Shown here piece by piece: positions 42,001 to 52,957 of a DNA stretch of 64,000 nucleotides. The stretch is from Eledone cirrhosa (lineage: Eukaryota): contig OZ024757.1 in assembly GCA_964016885.1 (NCBI GenBank), positions 27,714,001 through 27,778,000 of the forward strand. The letters run 5' to 3'. The first letter of the stretch is position 1, and each line of letters starts with the position of its first letter. The notes under the pieces were generated by a model. It had not been told where the DNA came from. It was given only the letters and a program-made list of their open reading frames with translations, and did no database searches. Made by a program: the position numbers and the translations under genes.

Positions 42001-43284
42001 CACACACCTTCATATGTGTGTATATATGTATATATACAGACATATATAGAAAGGAAATGAGAAAGATAAAATGAAAGAAAGATAGAAACAAAGAAAGATA
42101 GGAAAGAAGAAAGAGAGGGAGGATCAAAGATAGAAAAGATCAAAGATAAAAAGGAAGAAAGAAATAAAGAGAGACAACTTGTAGAACATACCCTTCAGCC
42201 AGAACCACACATCGTCGACCCTTCTCCAAAGGCACTTTAAACATCTTCTTCTCCAACATACTCTCAGACTTGCAGTTGTTGGTTTGGTATGAAATGCTGT
42301 TAGGATTACCTTTGTGCCAAGATGGAATAAGGCCCCATCTCATTGGCTGAATTATACATTTTGTTTCACTGTCACATTCAGCTGAGTCTTGGTAGTGCTG
42401 GCTAGAAATCATGACAGGTCTGTAAATAGACATAATAGAATTATTGAAGAATGGTTTGTTTTTTTTACATTGGCATCTGTGTTCTCCCTAAGCTATATCA
42501 ATGTGCCACCGTGCAGTTGTCATATTGGTGCTAAACATATACATCAAATATTGCTACACACATCAGCATTTTACTACACACATCAAAATATTGCTACACA
42601 CATCAAAATGTTACTACACACATCAAATATTGCTACACACATCAAAATATTGTTACACACACCAAATATTGCTACACACATCAAAATATTGCTACACACA
42701 TCAAAATGTTGCTACATGCATCAAAATATTGCTATACACACCAAATATCGCTACATCAAAATGTAGCTACACACATGAAAATGTTGTTGTAAACATATTG
42801 CTAAACACATCAAAATGCTAATATACACATCAAAATACTTCCACATACATAAAATATTGCCACATACATCAAAATATTGCTACACATATCAAAATGTTGC
42901 TATATACATCAAAATGTTGCAACACACATCAAAATATATGGGGTGGACAGATCTTTCCAGCTCAGTCTCCCTTCACTTGTCGCGCTCTTTTGTCATCTCC
43001 TCTGTAAAGCTCTGTAAAAGTATTTTGAGATCAGCTCTAACCACTTCTGCCTAGGTTTTTCTCAATCTTCCTCTTCTTCCTTCAATTGGCATCACTTGGC
43101 ATTTCTTCACCCAGTGTTCACCATACATATACCTCACATATCCATACCAACACAGTCTTTCCTTTTGCACACAACATCTAATGCATCTTATACTCAGAAT
43201 TGCTCTCACTTCATGACACATCCAATGGAGCATGCTCACTTCATTTCTCTTCAACCTCTAGATATCCTCTGCATTTCGGATATA

Positions 43285-43352
<68 letters not shown>

Positions 43353-46300
43353 ACACACACACACATATATATATATATAAGAACATGTGGAAGACAGAAA
43401 AAGATAGTGCAAATGTCACAAGAGAGTCCTACTTTATTATATATCATGAACATATATGTATATATAGAGTTACATGTATATATATATATATACATACATA
43501 GATAGCAAGATAGATAGATAGGTAGGAACTATTGAAAGCCTGTTATATACCATGAACTACTTCACAGAAAGCAGTTTGTTTTCAGATGGATATTTAGAAT
43601 TACTCGGACCGGCAGTGATGCGGAGAACAAGAGCATATTTATTGCACATGTGTTCTGTAGATGATAGTGGCTTACTTTTTTGATAAATTTAGTAGTTGAT
43701 AATAATACTTAACCATTAAACAAACAGCCTGTCTCATGTATGAACTTTCCCCCCTCCTCCTCTTATTCTCTCTTTTCAAATAGTCGACAAGATTCTTTGG
43801 TAAGCAACAACCAGTGATAATTCAATGGCCTACGTGTCTGTTTGTTCATACAGAGAGAATGAGCTATTTATTAATCCCTGATTTCTTGTCTGTTGCTTTC
43901 TTGATATGAATCTTATAATTCCAAGAAATAACATGAGTGCAATTGTAGTTCAGGGGTAAGGTAAGAAAACATTCTCATCAAACAAAGCTTCCATCATGCA
44001 ACATTCTCATCAAACAATGCTCCCATCATGCAACATTCTCATCAAACAAAGTACTCATTATGTAAAATATCCATCAGAAGAAACTGGCATCATGCAACAA
44101 TCACATCAATCAAAGCTCCCTTCAAGTAGAATTCACATCAAGCAAAGCTCCAATCATGAACATTCCCATTATGTAATATTCCCATCATGTAGCATTCCAG
44201 ACCGAATGACACATTGTAACCTTAAGCAAGGCACTTCATTTAACATTGCTTCATTTCAAGACACTTCAGTCCACTCAGCTGACTATCAGCAAGCAGCTTG
44301 GTGTTAACCTTGAGTCTTGTGTCTTGTATTCTCAGTCACAGTCACTTTGAGTGAATTTGGTAGACAGAAACTAAGAAAGCCTATCACATATATATGTTTG
44401 TTTGTGTGAATGTGTGTGTGTGCCAGTTACTAAAAAAGGTCACATTGACACAAAGTTTATACAAAGAGAGAAGTGGCATTCTTTAAGTGCCCCAAAACAG
44501 AAGGTAATATAGCCTGTAGCATAGTAGTTCAACAAAGGTAAAGGTTAGCGATATATATCATACGTTTAAAAAAGGGATGGGTTAACATCAGCAAGTCTTG
44601 TCTAAACCCACACATGCATAGTTAAAGTGGACATACAAATGATGTATATGGGTGTGTGTCGCATTTATGTATGCATTTATATATACATATACATATGTTC
44701 ATAAATTTTGTGAATTATTGAAGTGCTGTCCTCTTTTATCTCTAAGGATAAGTTTACCCAACCTTTTCAACTATTATCTAAAGTAAGTGACTGTTCAGAT
44801 TTTTACAGTACTTCAGACGCACACATTTTCAAATTTCAAGACATATGTGTATATATAATACACACACTGTAAAGTGGTTGGGTTCGTGACATGACAAAAA
44901 AGCACCTAGTCCACACTGTAAATGTGGTTGGTGTTAGGGAAGGGCAATCCAGCTGTAGAAACCAAGCCAAAAATAGTTCTGTGTGAGCAAGGGACAGTAA
45001 TTTGACTTGTCTCACAGCAGGACAACTTGTCTAACCCATGCTAGTGTGGAAAAATAAACGTTAAACAATGATAATGATATAATATATAAGAAAGAATTGT
45101 GCCAAAATTAGAAACGATTATTACATAACAATATGAGTGGCAGATTGACAGTTTTGAGGCATAGAGTTATGGGTTCAAATCTCGCTGAGGGTAGTTTTGC
45201 CTTTCATCCTTACGGTGTTGATAAAATAAAGCACCAGTAATGCACTGGGGTCGATTTAATCGACTTTCCCCTCCCCTTCAAATTGCTAGCCTTGTGCTTA
45301 AAGTAGAAACAATTATGCATCATCATCATCGTCATCAATTAACGTCTATCTTCCACGGTAGCATAGGTTAGACGGGTTTGTCCCAATTAGTGGCAAGTTG
45401 GGTCAGTTGACAGTGTCTCACTCATATAGGGGTGTTTCTGGCTGGTTGCCCTTCCTAATGCCAACCACATTGACAGTGTGTGCTGGCTGCTTTTAGTCGT
45501 GTCTTTTACACGTCCACTTTACAGTGTGGGCTGGATGTTTACATAACAATATTGTTTCTATTCATCCATCTAAGGTTTGATGGATTTACAGATTTGGGAC
45601 ATTTGGGAAAAGCCTTTCACACAAATGATACCAATACATTTGTGTGTCAAGACATAAAAAATCCACTTTAATGACACCACTGACTGGAAACAAGTTGAAT
45701 ATAATTTAGGTGTGGTGTATGTGTATTTATTTTCCAGTCCAGTAGGCTGATTTTAGTAAATAACAAAACCCTGTTGTTTAGTGAACAAACCTTATACAAT
45801 ATTTAAAGTAGAGTTTGAGCATGCGTCATGTATTTATTACTGGGTAAATCTATTATTAACTTGTAGCTGATAAGGTAATTGGTACTCTAAATATTATCTG
45901 TGTCAGATGCGTGTATAAAACCAAACCTCGAAATCATATGCATATATATATACACACACACACACACATATATATACTTATATATACACAAACGCACACA
46001 CACACATATATATATATATATATAAATATTTATATAAAATAAGCACAAGGTTACAAATACATATATACAACAGAGATTTGTAGAGACAACACAGGAAATA
46101 TTGCTTGCTTCTTCAGCCACAGACTCTAGGTTACACAATCCAGTTTCAATTCTAGAGTGCTACCAGGCCTATAGTCACATCAGTTAAAGAGCCATAGCTA
46201 CCAGCAAATAAACAACACGAGAAATACCATCATCATCATCATCATCATCATTTAACATCCACTTTCCCTGCTAGCAAGGCTTGGACTGACGCTTACAGCA

Positions 46301-46407
46301 CCTAGGTTTCCCAAGCTGTCACCCATCTAAATCCTTATTAGGTTTGATGCTGCTTAACTTCAGTGATCAGAAGAGAACCAGTGTTTTCAGCATGATATGC
46401 CCATAAG

Positions 46408-46439
<32 letters not shown>

Positions 46440-47602
46440 CTGTCTAACCCATGCTAGCATGGAAGATGGACGTTAAATGATGATGATGATGATATATATG
46501 TATATATATATATATATATTAGATAAGTGTAGTTAAGATGGGATTATTTCACCATAATTGCTTTATTTTATAATATATATTTCTTTTATATGGTTATGCA
46601 TGTGACTTCATAAGATGCTTATGCAATCATTGGGATATGTCGCTGGTCATATATATATACATATATATATACATGTAAAGTTATATTTAAAATTGTTGGG
46701 TTACAACTAGTAAATATTTATAACTGATATAAAAGCACTCGACAAATATTTGGAGTATATTTACAATATTAAATAAATGGAAAACTATATTTATAAAACC
46801 ATATTTATTTCATTATATATATTTCGGGGATATCATATTAACAATATGCTATGCCTTCATCAGACAAAATACAATATAAACAGTTTTATAGATAAATATA
46901 TTCGACATACCGTAATAAACATCAACTTCATTTGAAGAGGTTTACGCTAGCAGTAAACCTCTTCAAACTGCTAGCGTAAACCTCTTCAAATGAAGTTGAT
47001 GTTTATTACGGTATGTCGAATATATTTATCTATAAAACTGTTTATATTGTATTTTGTCTGATGAAGGCATAGCATATTGTTAATATGATATCCCCGAAAT
47101 ATATATAATGAAATAAATATGGTTTTATAAATATAGTTTTCATTTATTTAATATTGTACATATATATATATATATTTATATATATATGTATGCTGGTATT
47201 CATTTCCAGCTAAGGTTCACTTAGAACAACATGAAATAAAATATCTTGTCTTGCTCATGAACACAATGTGTCACTCGGTCTGGGAATTTAACCCATTATG
47301 ATTACGTGAGCCTAACACCATAACCACGAGACCGTGTACCTCAGACTGAAACCAGAAATAAAAAAGATAAAACAAAAGAATGCAAGTAATGGTAAACTTG
47401 ATGTAAAATAAAATAAAATATAAACAACCAACTACAAAATATATCTGTAAAAAATTCTTCTTACGTGTAATGTCCTGGAGAAATGTTGTAAGAGGGGAAG
47501 TAGGATTTTCCATTTTGTGCATTTTTCCAAACTGGTTTTTGCAATTTTCCATTGCTGTCTTTATAAGTGCACCCAATGCAAATGGCGTCGGGATTCAATG
47601 AA
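29118..47602 (-). CDS. HMCES: HMCES / SRAP-domain abasic-site processing protein, spliced gene (8 coding exons visible; N-terminal MCGR micro-exon not found in window)
   Basis: Manual splicing of 47602-47465, 42419-42192, 33032-32812, 32674-32610, 32123-32040, 31300-31235, 30176-30067 and 29265-29118 gives one open frame (1060 nt) with phase-compatible GT-AG junctions. It contains SRAP motifs [84 protein letters not shown] and C-terminal LESWLKK, collinear with vertebrate HMCES. Confidence 0.95.
30067..30176 (-). CDS. HMCES: HMCES coding exon: [36 protein letters not shown](K)
   Basis: Acceptor ttttcaacag, donor gtaagt; 110 nt; [15 protein letters not shown] motif. Confidence 0.95.
30366..30408 (+). 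ncRNA. Minimal type I hammerhead ribozyme motif inside a fold-back
   Basis: accgag-CTGAGGA-tccgtgtaaggt-GAAAC-attt-GTT-cttggt; 6-bp stem I. Confidence 0.65.
31235..31300 (-). CDS. HMCES: HMCES coding exon: [22 protein letters not shown]
   Basis: Acceptor cacttag, donor gtaagt; 66 nt; matches human AILDGEEAVSKWLDFGEV. Confidence 0.93.
32040..32123 (-). CDS. HMCES: HMCES coding exon: [28 protein letters not shown]
   Basis: Acceptor ttttccag, donor gtaaag; 84 nt; IHHRMP motif (human H210/R212 equivalents). Confidence 0.95.
32610..32674 (-). CDS. HMCES: HMCES coding exon: (D)[21 protein letters not shown]
   Basis: Acceptor attttcag, donor gtatgt; 65 nt; LLxMAG(I/V)FD motif. Confidence 0.92.
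32812..33032 (-). CDS. HMCES: HMCES coding exon: [17 protein letters not shown] followed by an acidic/Lys-rich loop
   Basis: Acceptor tctttcag, donor gtaagc; 221 nt; contains the conserved Glu of YEW (human E127 equivalent). Confidence 0.93.
33382..34205. repeat. (GGT/GTT)n tract followed by an (ACC)n tract
   Basis: 33382-33745 is GGT-rich and 33840-34205 is CCA-rich. Confidence 0.85.
36075..37420. repeat. Compound (CA/TA) microsatellite with an internal ~248-bp tandem duplication
   Basis: ATAGGATCATAC landmark at 36123 and 36371. Confidence 0.85.
38089..38161 (+). pseudogene. Degenerate tRNA-like sequence (tRNA pseudogene or SINE head)
   Basis: TAGTTCAGTTGGTTAGAG D-arm/A-box, TTCAAATCCC T-loop, GCTCTA/TGGGGC acceptor-like pairing; the anticodon stem does not pair, so no isotype is assigned. 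Confidence 0.45.
38386..38604. mobile_element. piggyBac-type MITE (~220 bp; other copies ~27718-27920, 28140-28316, 32223-32546, 35017-35211, 39441-39787, 53829-54217)
   Basis: TTAA|CCCTTTAGYATTT ... AAATGCTAAASGG|TTAA termini with TTAA target duplication and a shared internal sequence CCAGAATTCTCTCACC. Confidence 0.8.
40583..40940 (+). mobile_element. Dispersed repeat of uncertain class (related copy 58218-58630; 3' part inverted at 33097-33178)
   Basis: Shared GACCCCT(T)AGCCTTTGTCA.GGCA...TCTAGGAGAAGG.AACTC and related 3' end ...ACGAG...GCAGCCA adjacent to microsatellites. Confidence 0.55.
42192..42419 (-). CDS. HMCES: HMCES coding exon: PVMISSQHY...[12 protein letters not shown]...[30 protein letters not shown](G)
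   Basis: Acceptor tatttacag, donor gtatgt; 228 nt; core SRAP motifs WGL and RRCVV. Confidence 0.95.
42535..42936. repeat. ~20-21-bp minisatellite (ATATTGCTACACACATCAAA)
   Basis: Many adjacent degenerate copies directly visible. Confidence 0.9.
43966..44200. repeat. ~32-bp minisatellite (AACATTCTCATCAAACAAAGCTCCCATCATGC)
   Basis: First copies near-identical, later ones degenerate. Confidence 0.8.
46229..46408 (-). mobile_element. 5S rRNA-derived SINE (SINE3-like): full-length degenerate 5S head (46408-46291) plus RTE-type tail
   Basis: Minus strand GCTTATGGGCATATCATGCTGAAAACACTGGTTCTCTTCTGATCACTGAAGTTAAGCAGC...GATGGGTGACAGCTTGGGAAACCTAGGTGCTGTAAGC aligns along the whole of metazoan 5S rRNA, then continues into CTTGCTAGCAGGGAAAGTGGATGTTAAATGATGATG. 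Confidence 0.85.
46762..47158. repeat. Near-perfect ~193-bp-arm palindrome (Penelope-like remnant) carrying a hammerhead motif in each arm
   Basis: 46762-46954 is the reverse complement of 46967-47158 (one indel seen); flanked by TA-rich tracts. Confidence 0.92.
47052..47113 (+). ncRNA. Minimal type I hammerhead ribozyme motif (mirror copy on minus strand 46808-46869)
   Basis: ttttgt-CTGATGA-aggcatagcatatt(gtt)aatatgatatcccc-GAAAT-atat-ATA-atgaaa: stems I, II and III can all form. Confidence 0.7.
47465..47602 (-). CDS. HMCES: HMCES coding exon (first visible): (C)[45 protein letters not shown](T)
   Basis: Acceptor tgcctctag, donor gtaag; 138 nt, phase 2 to phase 2; matches the HMCES N-terminal region (human ...ACAYQD...PEW...YCPSYNKSP). 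Not in the reading frame shown by the ORF track. Confidence 0.9.
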
Positions 47603-49198
47603 CTAGAGGCAAATAAAACATAAGACATTTTAAGAATTCAAATAAAAACAAAACCCTTAAGTCTCTTGCTAAATAAATTTATAATATATCCATTGGTTGA
47701 AATCATTATAAATACCTTACCTGATAAAATGTTGTAGTTTGCTTGAAGCATTGTATATAATATATAATGTAGAAAATGATATAAGGCTAAACAATGCAAA
47801 ATGGACGATAAGATGAAGGTAACGAAAAAGTAAGTTACCTGGTAACACTTTCATCATGGTATCATCACAACCACTTCACAGAATGGGCTGGGTAAATTTT
47901 ATCATGGTATCATCATGACCACTTCAAAAATGGGCTGGGTACAATTTAACATGGTACAGTCACGACCATTTGGCTGGCATTAGGAAGGACATCCAGCCGT
48001 AAAAACTAAGCCAGAATCAGTTGGATATGAGCAAGACATGGTCACCTGACCCCACTTGCCGCAAACAGGACAGCCGTATAACCCATGCGAACGTGGAAAA
48101 TAGACATTAAACTATGATGATGTTATATTATCATTTTTCTTTATTTGTGTATTTATTTGTATATTTATGCCAAATAATCCCAGTAGAGGAAGACCAGGAA
48201 AAACATGGGTGTAGGTGGTGAGGGCTGACTTCAGATCGCTGAAGCTCACAGAGAAGATGTCAAAGGACCAAGACAAATGGAGAGATACTGTGTGAAGAAG
48301 ACCTGTCCCACCCTTGTAAGCAGGGAAAAGCAGACATAAAATGATGGTGATGGTGATGATGATGATGATGATGATTTATACATTTATCATATTTTGTGTC
48401 ACTTATGTACCTTTATTTCTCATTCTTTATAGTAAATATTTAACTCTGTTTTGTTTTAAAACCATATGGTTATCACCATAGGAAATTTGTAAATAAGTTC
48501 AGTTTACAACCAGTTTACAAAAACATTTTTCAGAAATTTATCATATTTTCATGGAAACAGTATTTTTTTTTTTTTTAAATAATTTTAGTTATTCTGGCAG
48601 CAATGTTTTTTCATGGCATACACAGTTTGAAATAACAAATATATATATTATCATCATCATCCTTTTACATCCATTTTTCCATGTTTGCATGGGTTGGCTG
48701 GTGTGTATGCATATACATATATATACATATATACACACATTTATATATCATCATTTTATATATGTATATATATATATCGCTGAAGTTGATATATTTCTTG
48801 GTGCTATACATGCTTATATATATATATATATATAGGATAACAAGGTATCATTTAAGGTAATCCAGCTAGAGGTTGTGAGTACTGTGTATTGAGGATAGTT
48901 TTAACGTATATATATATGTGTGTATGTACATGTATATCTGTCAAGTTTTCTACAGTTTCTGTCTATCAAATTCACTCGCAAGGATTTAGTTTCTCTGAGG
49001 CTATAGAAGAAGATACTTGCCTGAGGTTTCACACACTGGGATGGAACCTAAATCCACACTGCCATACTTTCTCCTGTCTGTTTAAATGAACCAAATGATT
49101 TAACCAGAAACTGCAGAGCTTTCTTCTTTGGGTCGGTGGAAGAAAAGAGGAGTGTTAAAAAAAGCACCTGTGCACATACATACTGACATACACACACG

Positions 49199-49595
49199 TC
49201 ATCATCCTCATCATCATCATCATTTTACGTCCGCTTTTCCCTGCTTGCAAGGGTGGGACGGGTCCTATTCAGCACAGCATCTCTCCACTTGTCATGGTCC
49301 TTCGTCATCTCCACCGTGAGCTTCAGCGATCTGAGATCTGTTCTCACCACCTCCGCCCATGTTTTTCATGGTCTACCTCTACCGCGTCTTCCTTCAACTG
49401 GAATTTCCTGGCACTTCTTCACCCATCCTCCATGTGCATCACATGTCCATACCACCGCAGTCTCCTTTCTCGCACACTACATTCTATTCCTCTCAGACAC
49501 AGTTTCTCTCTCAACACATCCATGCTGGGTCGTTCACGCACGTTGACATTACGCACATCCAATGGAGTATGCTTGCCTCATTTCTCTCCAGCTGT

Positions 49596-49597
<2 letters not shown>
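49199..49597 (-). mobile_element. RTE-type LINE 3' fragment, second family (shorter copies at 31589-31680, 31690-31845, 37420-37605, 42945-43265, 48180-48375, 52550-52725)
   Basis: Minus-strand translation ERRLRWYGHV...GRGRPWKTWAEVVRTDLRSLKL...[11 protein letters not shown] followed by an (ATG)n tail. Confidence 0.85.
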
Positions 49598-49639
<42 letters not shown>

Positions 49640-49645
<6 letters not shown>

Positions 49646-50749
49646 AAATGCAAAGTATGGGTGCATAAAAGATGTAGTGGGATCACAGGTAAGCTAACTA
49701 AGAACATAGACTTTACATGTGGCCGGTGTTCTGGTGCAATAAGTAGCAGCAAGTGCCCACAAAATACTAGCTCTTTCAATTGCGCAGAGGGTTCTATAGA
49801 AATAGTGGACAGCTTCCGTTACCTGGGCGATAAAATCAGCAGTGGGGGAGGGTGCTCTGAAAGTACTGTAGCTAGAGTCAGAACTGGTTGGAAAAAGTTC
49901 AGAGAGCTTATACCACTATTAGCTGCTAAAGGGTTCTCCCTAAAAATGAAAGGCAGGTTGTACGATGCCTGCATACGAACAGCAATGTTGCATGGTAGTG
50001 AGACCTGGGCATTGTGTGCAGAGGATATACGCAGACTAGAGAGGAATGAAGCTTGCATGCTCCGCTGGATGTGTAACAGTAATATACGTGAACGGCAAAG
50101 CATAAACGAACTAAGGAAAAAATTAGAGATAAGAGGGATCAGATGTTGTTTACTCGAGAGAAGGCTGCGTTGGTATGGACACGTGATGCGCATGAAAGTC
50201 GATAGCTGTATTACAAAGTGCAGGGCAATAAAGATAGACGGTAGCCACGGAATAGGCAGACCTAGAAAAACATGGGATGAGCTGATAAACTCCGACCTCA
50301 CACACTTACACCTCTCCAAGACAATGTCACTGGACCGAGACCTTTGGCGGTACTCAGTAACAGAGAAGACCCGCCTTGCCAGTAGGCATCTCTAACAAAA
50401 TACACCCCGTCCCGCCACCACCCCCACCCATCCACACCACCCCGTCCTATGTAAAGTTATGTTGGTGCCGCGCCATCCAGGCCGAAACAAATGAGATCGT
50501 GTAGGTGTCACGACAAAAAAAACACACAGTCCACGCTGTAATGTGGCCGTGTAGGCAACACGGTAAAAACCTCCCAGACCCACACTGTAAATGTGGTTGG
50601 TGTTAGGAAGGGCATCCAACTGTAGAAAACCTGCCAGACAGTCCTATGCGAGCAAGACAATCACTCTTGCCTCAAGTGGGACTACCCCCGTCCAAATCCA
50701 TGCAAGCGTGGAACACGGACGTTAAACGTTGATGATGATGATGATGATG
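49640..50749 (+). mobile_element. Young 5'-truncated RTE-clade LINE: C-terminal ORF (PHD-like Cys cluster plus RT C-terminus, stop at 50395), 3' UTR and (GAT)n tail
   Basis: About 250 uninterrupted codons: CPKCKVWVHKRC...CGRC, FRYLGD, KGRLYDACIRTAMLHGSETW, RRLRWYGHVMRM, GRPRKTW. It starts directly after a (TA)n tract and ends ACGTTGATGATGATG. Confidence 0.92.
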
Positions 50750-50808
50750 AATAGAATAAAACCCCAGGAATTTTCATTTACATATAAAAGATATTTTTTG
50801 TGTATCAA

Positions 50809-50898
50809 CCTGTTACACACGTTTCGCAGAGGATTGACTCAAGGTCACCCATAGGAGTTATGGACCTGACTCTACTATCGATCTGCTCTTCAGACTGG
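50809..50898 (-). ncRNA. Type I hammerhead ribozyme motif with an extended stem II loop
   Basis: Minus strand ccagt-CTGAAGA-gcaga...tctgc-GAAAC-gtgt-GTA-acagg. Confidence 0.65.
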
Positions 50899-51360
50899 CG
50901 ATGTGACAAAAAAAATATATTTTTGTTCATAAATATCTTTTATGTGTAAACGAAATTTCCTATTTTTGTCTTCTATTATTATGTCTTCTCTGCCTATGTA
51001 TAGAGTGCTTGATTTGGTACCAACACCAGTAATTCACTGAATCACCTACACTATCTATCTATTATATATATATGCAAGCAGGGAAAAGCGGACGTAAAAT
51101 GATGATGATGATGATATATATATGCATACATATCTCACTTTTTAGAATAGGTTCACTGTATCCCTGCATATCGTAAGAAGTAACTAAAAGGGAATGGCAT
51201 CAGGAAGGATGTCCAGCTATAAAACATTTTCTCAAAACCTCCCATCCAACCCTTGGAAAAGTGGATGGAAATGATGATGATATATATATATATATATCAG
51301 GGGTGGTGGAACTGGGAGGGGGTGGGCACCCCCAATTCAGAAAGGCTTCCACCGCCCCCT

Positions 51361-51405
<45 letters not shown>

Positions 51406-52883
51406 GGTGTTCAGATACTGACATTTCAATAATTGTTTCTCCTTTTGGCACCAGGCCAGCAATTACCCCAGTGCATTACTGGTGTTTTATTTTATCAACC
51501 CCCATTAGGATGAAAGTCAAAGCTAACCACAACAGGATTTGAACTCGGGACGTAAAGGGCCATAACTCTATTCTGCAAAACATGGTGTCTGATGCTCTAC
51601 CGATATTGCCAATCCACCTCCCTTACTGCAAATCCAACCAATGTTTTAGGGGTCTTTTTATGAAATGTTTGGAGGGCCTACATCAGCCCCCTGCTGTGAT
51701 CCATGGTCCCTGTTAAATATTGGTTAATTATGAGACCCCTAGCACAGTGTTTTACATAGAAAATAAAATGAAAAATAGATGTAAGCCTTCAATTCCCTCT
51801 AGGTGTCTAAATACAGAAATAACATTCTTTCCTCAGTCAGACTGTTTTATGTATACTGCCATTTCTACAGAAGTCAGGAGTATGTGGTGGTGGGGGTGGG
51901 GTACTTTTAATGTATGTATCATCTCTTTTACAATCTTCCCCCAGAGAAACTGTCAGAATGTGTAATATATATGTTTGTGAGTGAATGTGTATGTGTACAT
52001 GTATGTGTGTATGTGAATATTTATGTGTACATGTGTATGAGGGAGGTGTATCTATGTGTGTGTTTGTGTTTGCATGTATAAGTGTGTGTATAGTTTTATT
52101 TTAATTTTAATTATAGTATAACCATTAGTAAGTACCAGGTGAGATATCACCTGTACAATGTATAATGATAATATTTCAGTGACTGGTCTTTAGTCTTTGG
52201 TCTTGCACACCTTTAGATATACACCCACAGACACACAGGCACATACACACATATTCAGACACACATGCACATATGGTTGAAACATTTTTAGATAATAAAA
52301 TAGATGTTTGATTATGATAACATGGAAATAAGATTCTGAAGAATTCAAGCTAAAAAAAAAGTAAGAAATAAGAAAATGTATGCTTTTTTTAAAACCAAAC
52401 AAAAAAGGAAATACCTATTTGTCTTACACACGCACACACACACGCACAAACACATACACACACAAATAAATAAATAAAATATATTATTGGCTGTGTGTTT
52501 GTCAGGGTAGGTTTTACACATATACACACACGTCGTCATAATCATCATCATTATCATCATCATCATCATCATCATTTTACGTCCGCTTTTCCCTGCTTGC
52601 AAGGGTGGGACGGGTCCTATTCAGCACAGCATCTCTCCACTTGTCATGGTCCTTCGTCATCACCACCGTGAGCTTCAGCGATCTGAGGTCTGTTCTCACC
52701 ACCTCCGCCCATGTTTTTCGTGGTCTAAATATATATACATACACACATATATACACAATTACACACACAGATATACACACAGTCTCACTAAATAAAAGGG
52801 AGTTATCATTTGTGTGTACATATCTATGTCTATGTGTGTATGCTTCTGTATGTATAGATGTGTGTTTGTATCTAATGTGTGTA

Positions 52884-52957
<74 letters not shown>

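Noticed and set aside
42535-42936. Regular short repeat resembling a CRISPR array
   Set aside because: Units are directly adjacent with no unique spacers, there are no cas genes, and the context is a eukaryotic intron: a minisatellite.
46291-46408. Functional 5S rRNA gene
   Set aside because: Many substitutions, no oligo-T terminator, single copy and fused to a retroposon tail; treated as a SINE or pseudogene.
47721-47751. ATG plus strong CAG|GTAAGG donor just upstream of the first visible HMCES exon
   Set aside because: It ends in phase 1; splicing to 47602 gives GTT CAT TGA (immediate stop) and it encodes no MCGR. At most a non-coding or cryptic exon.
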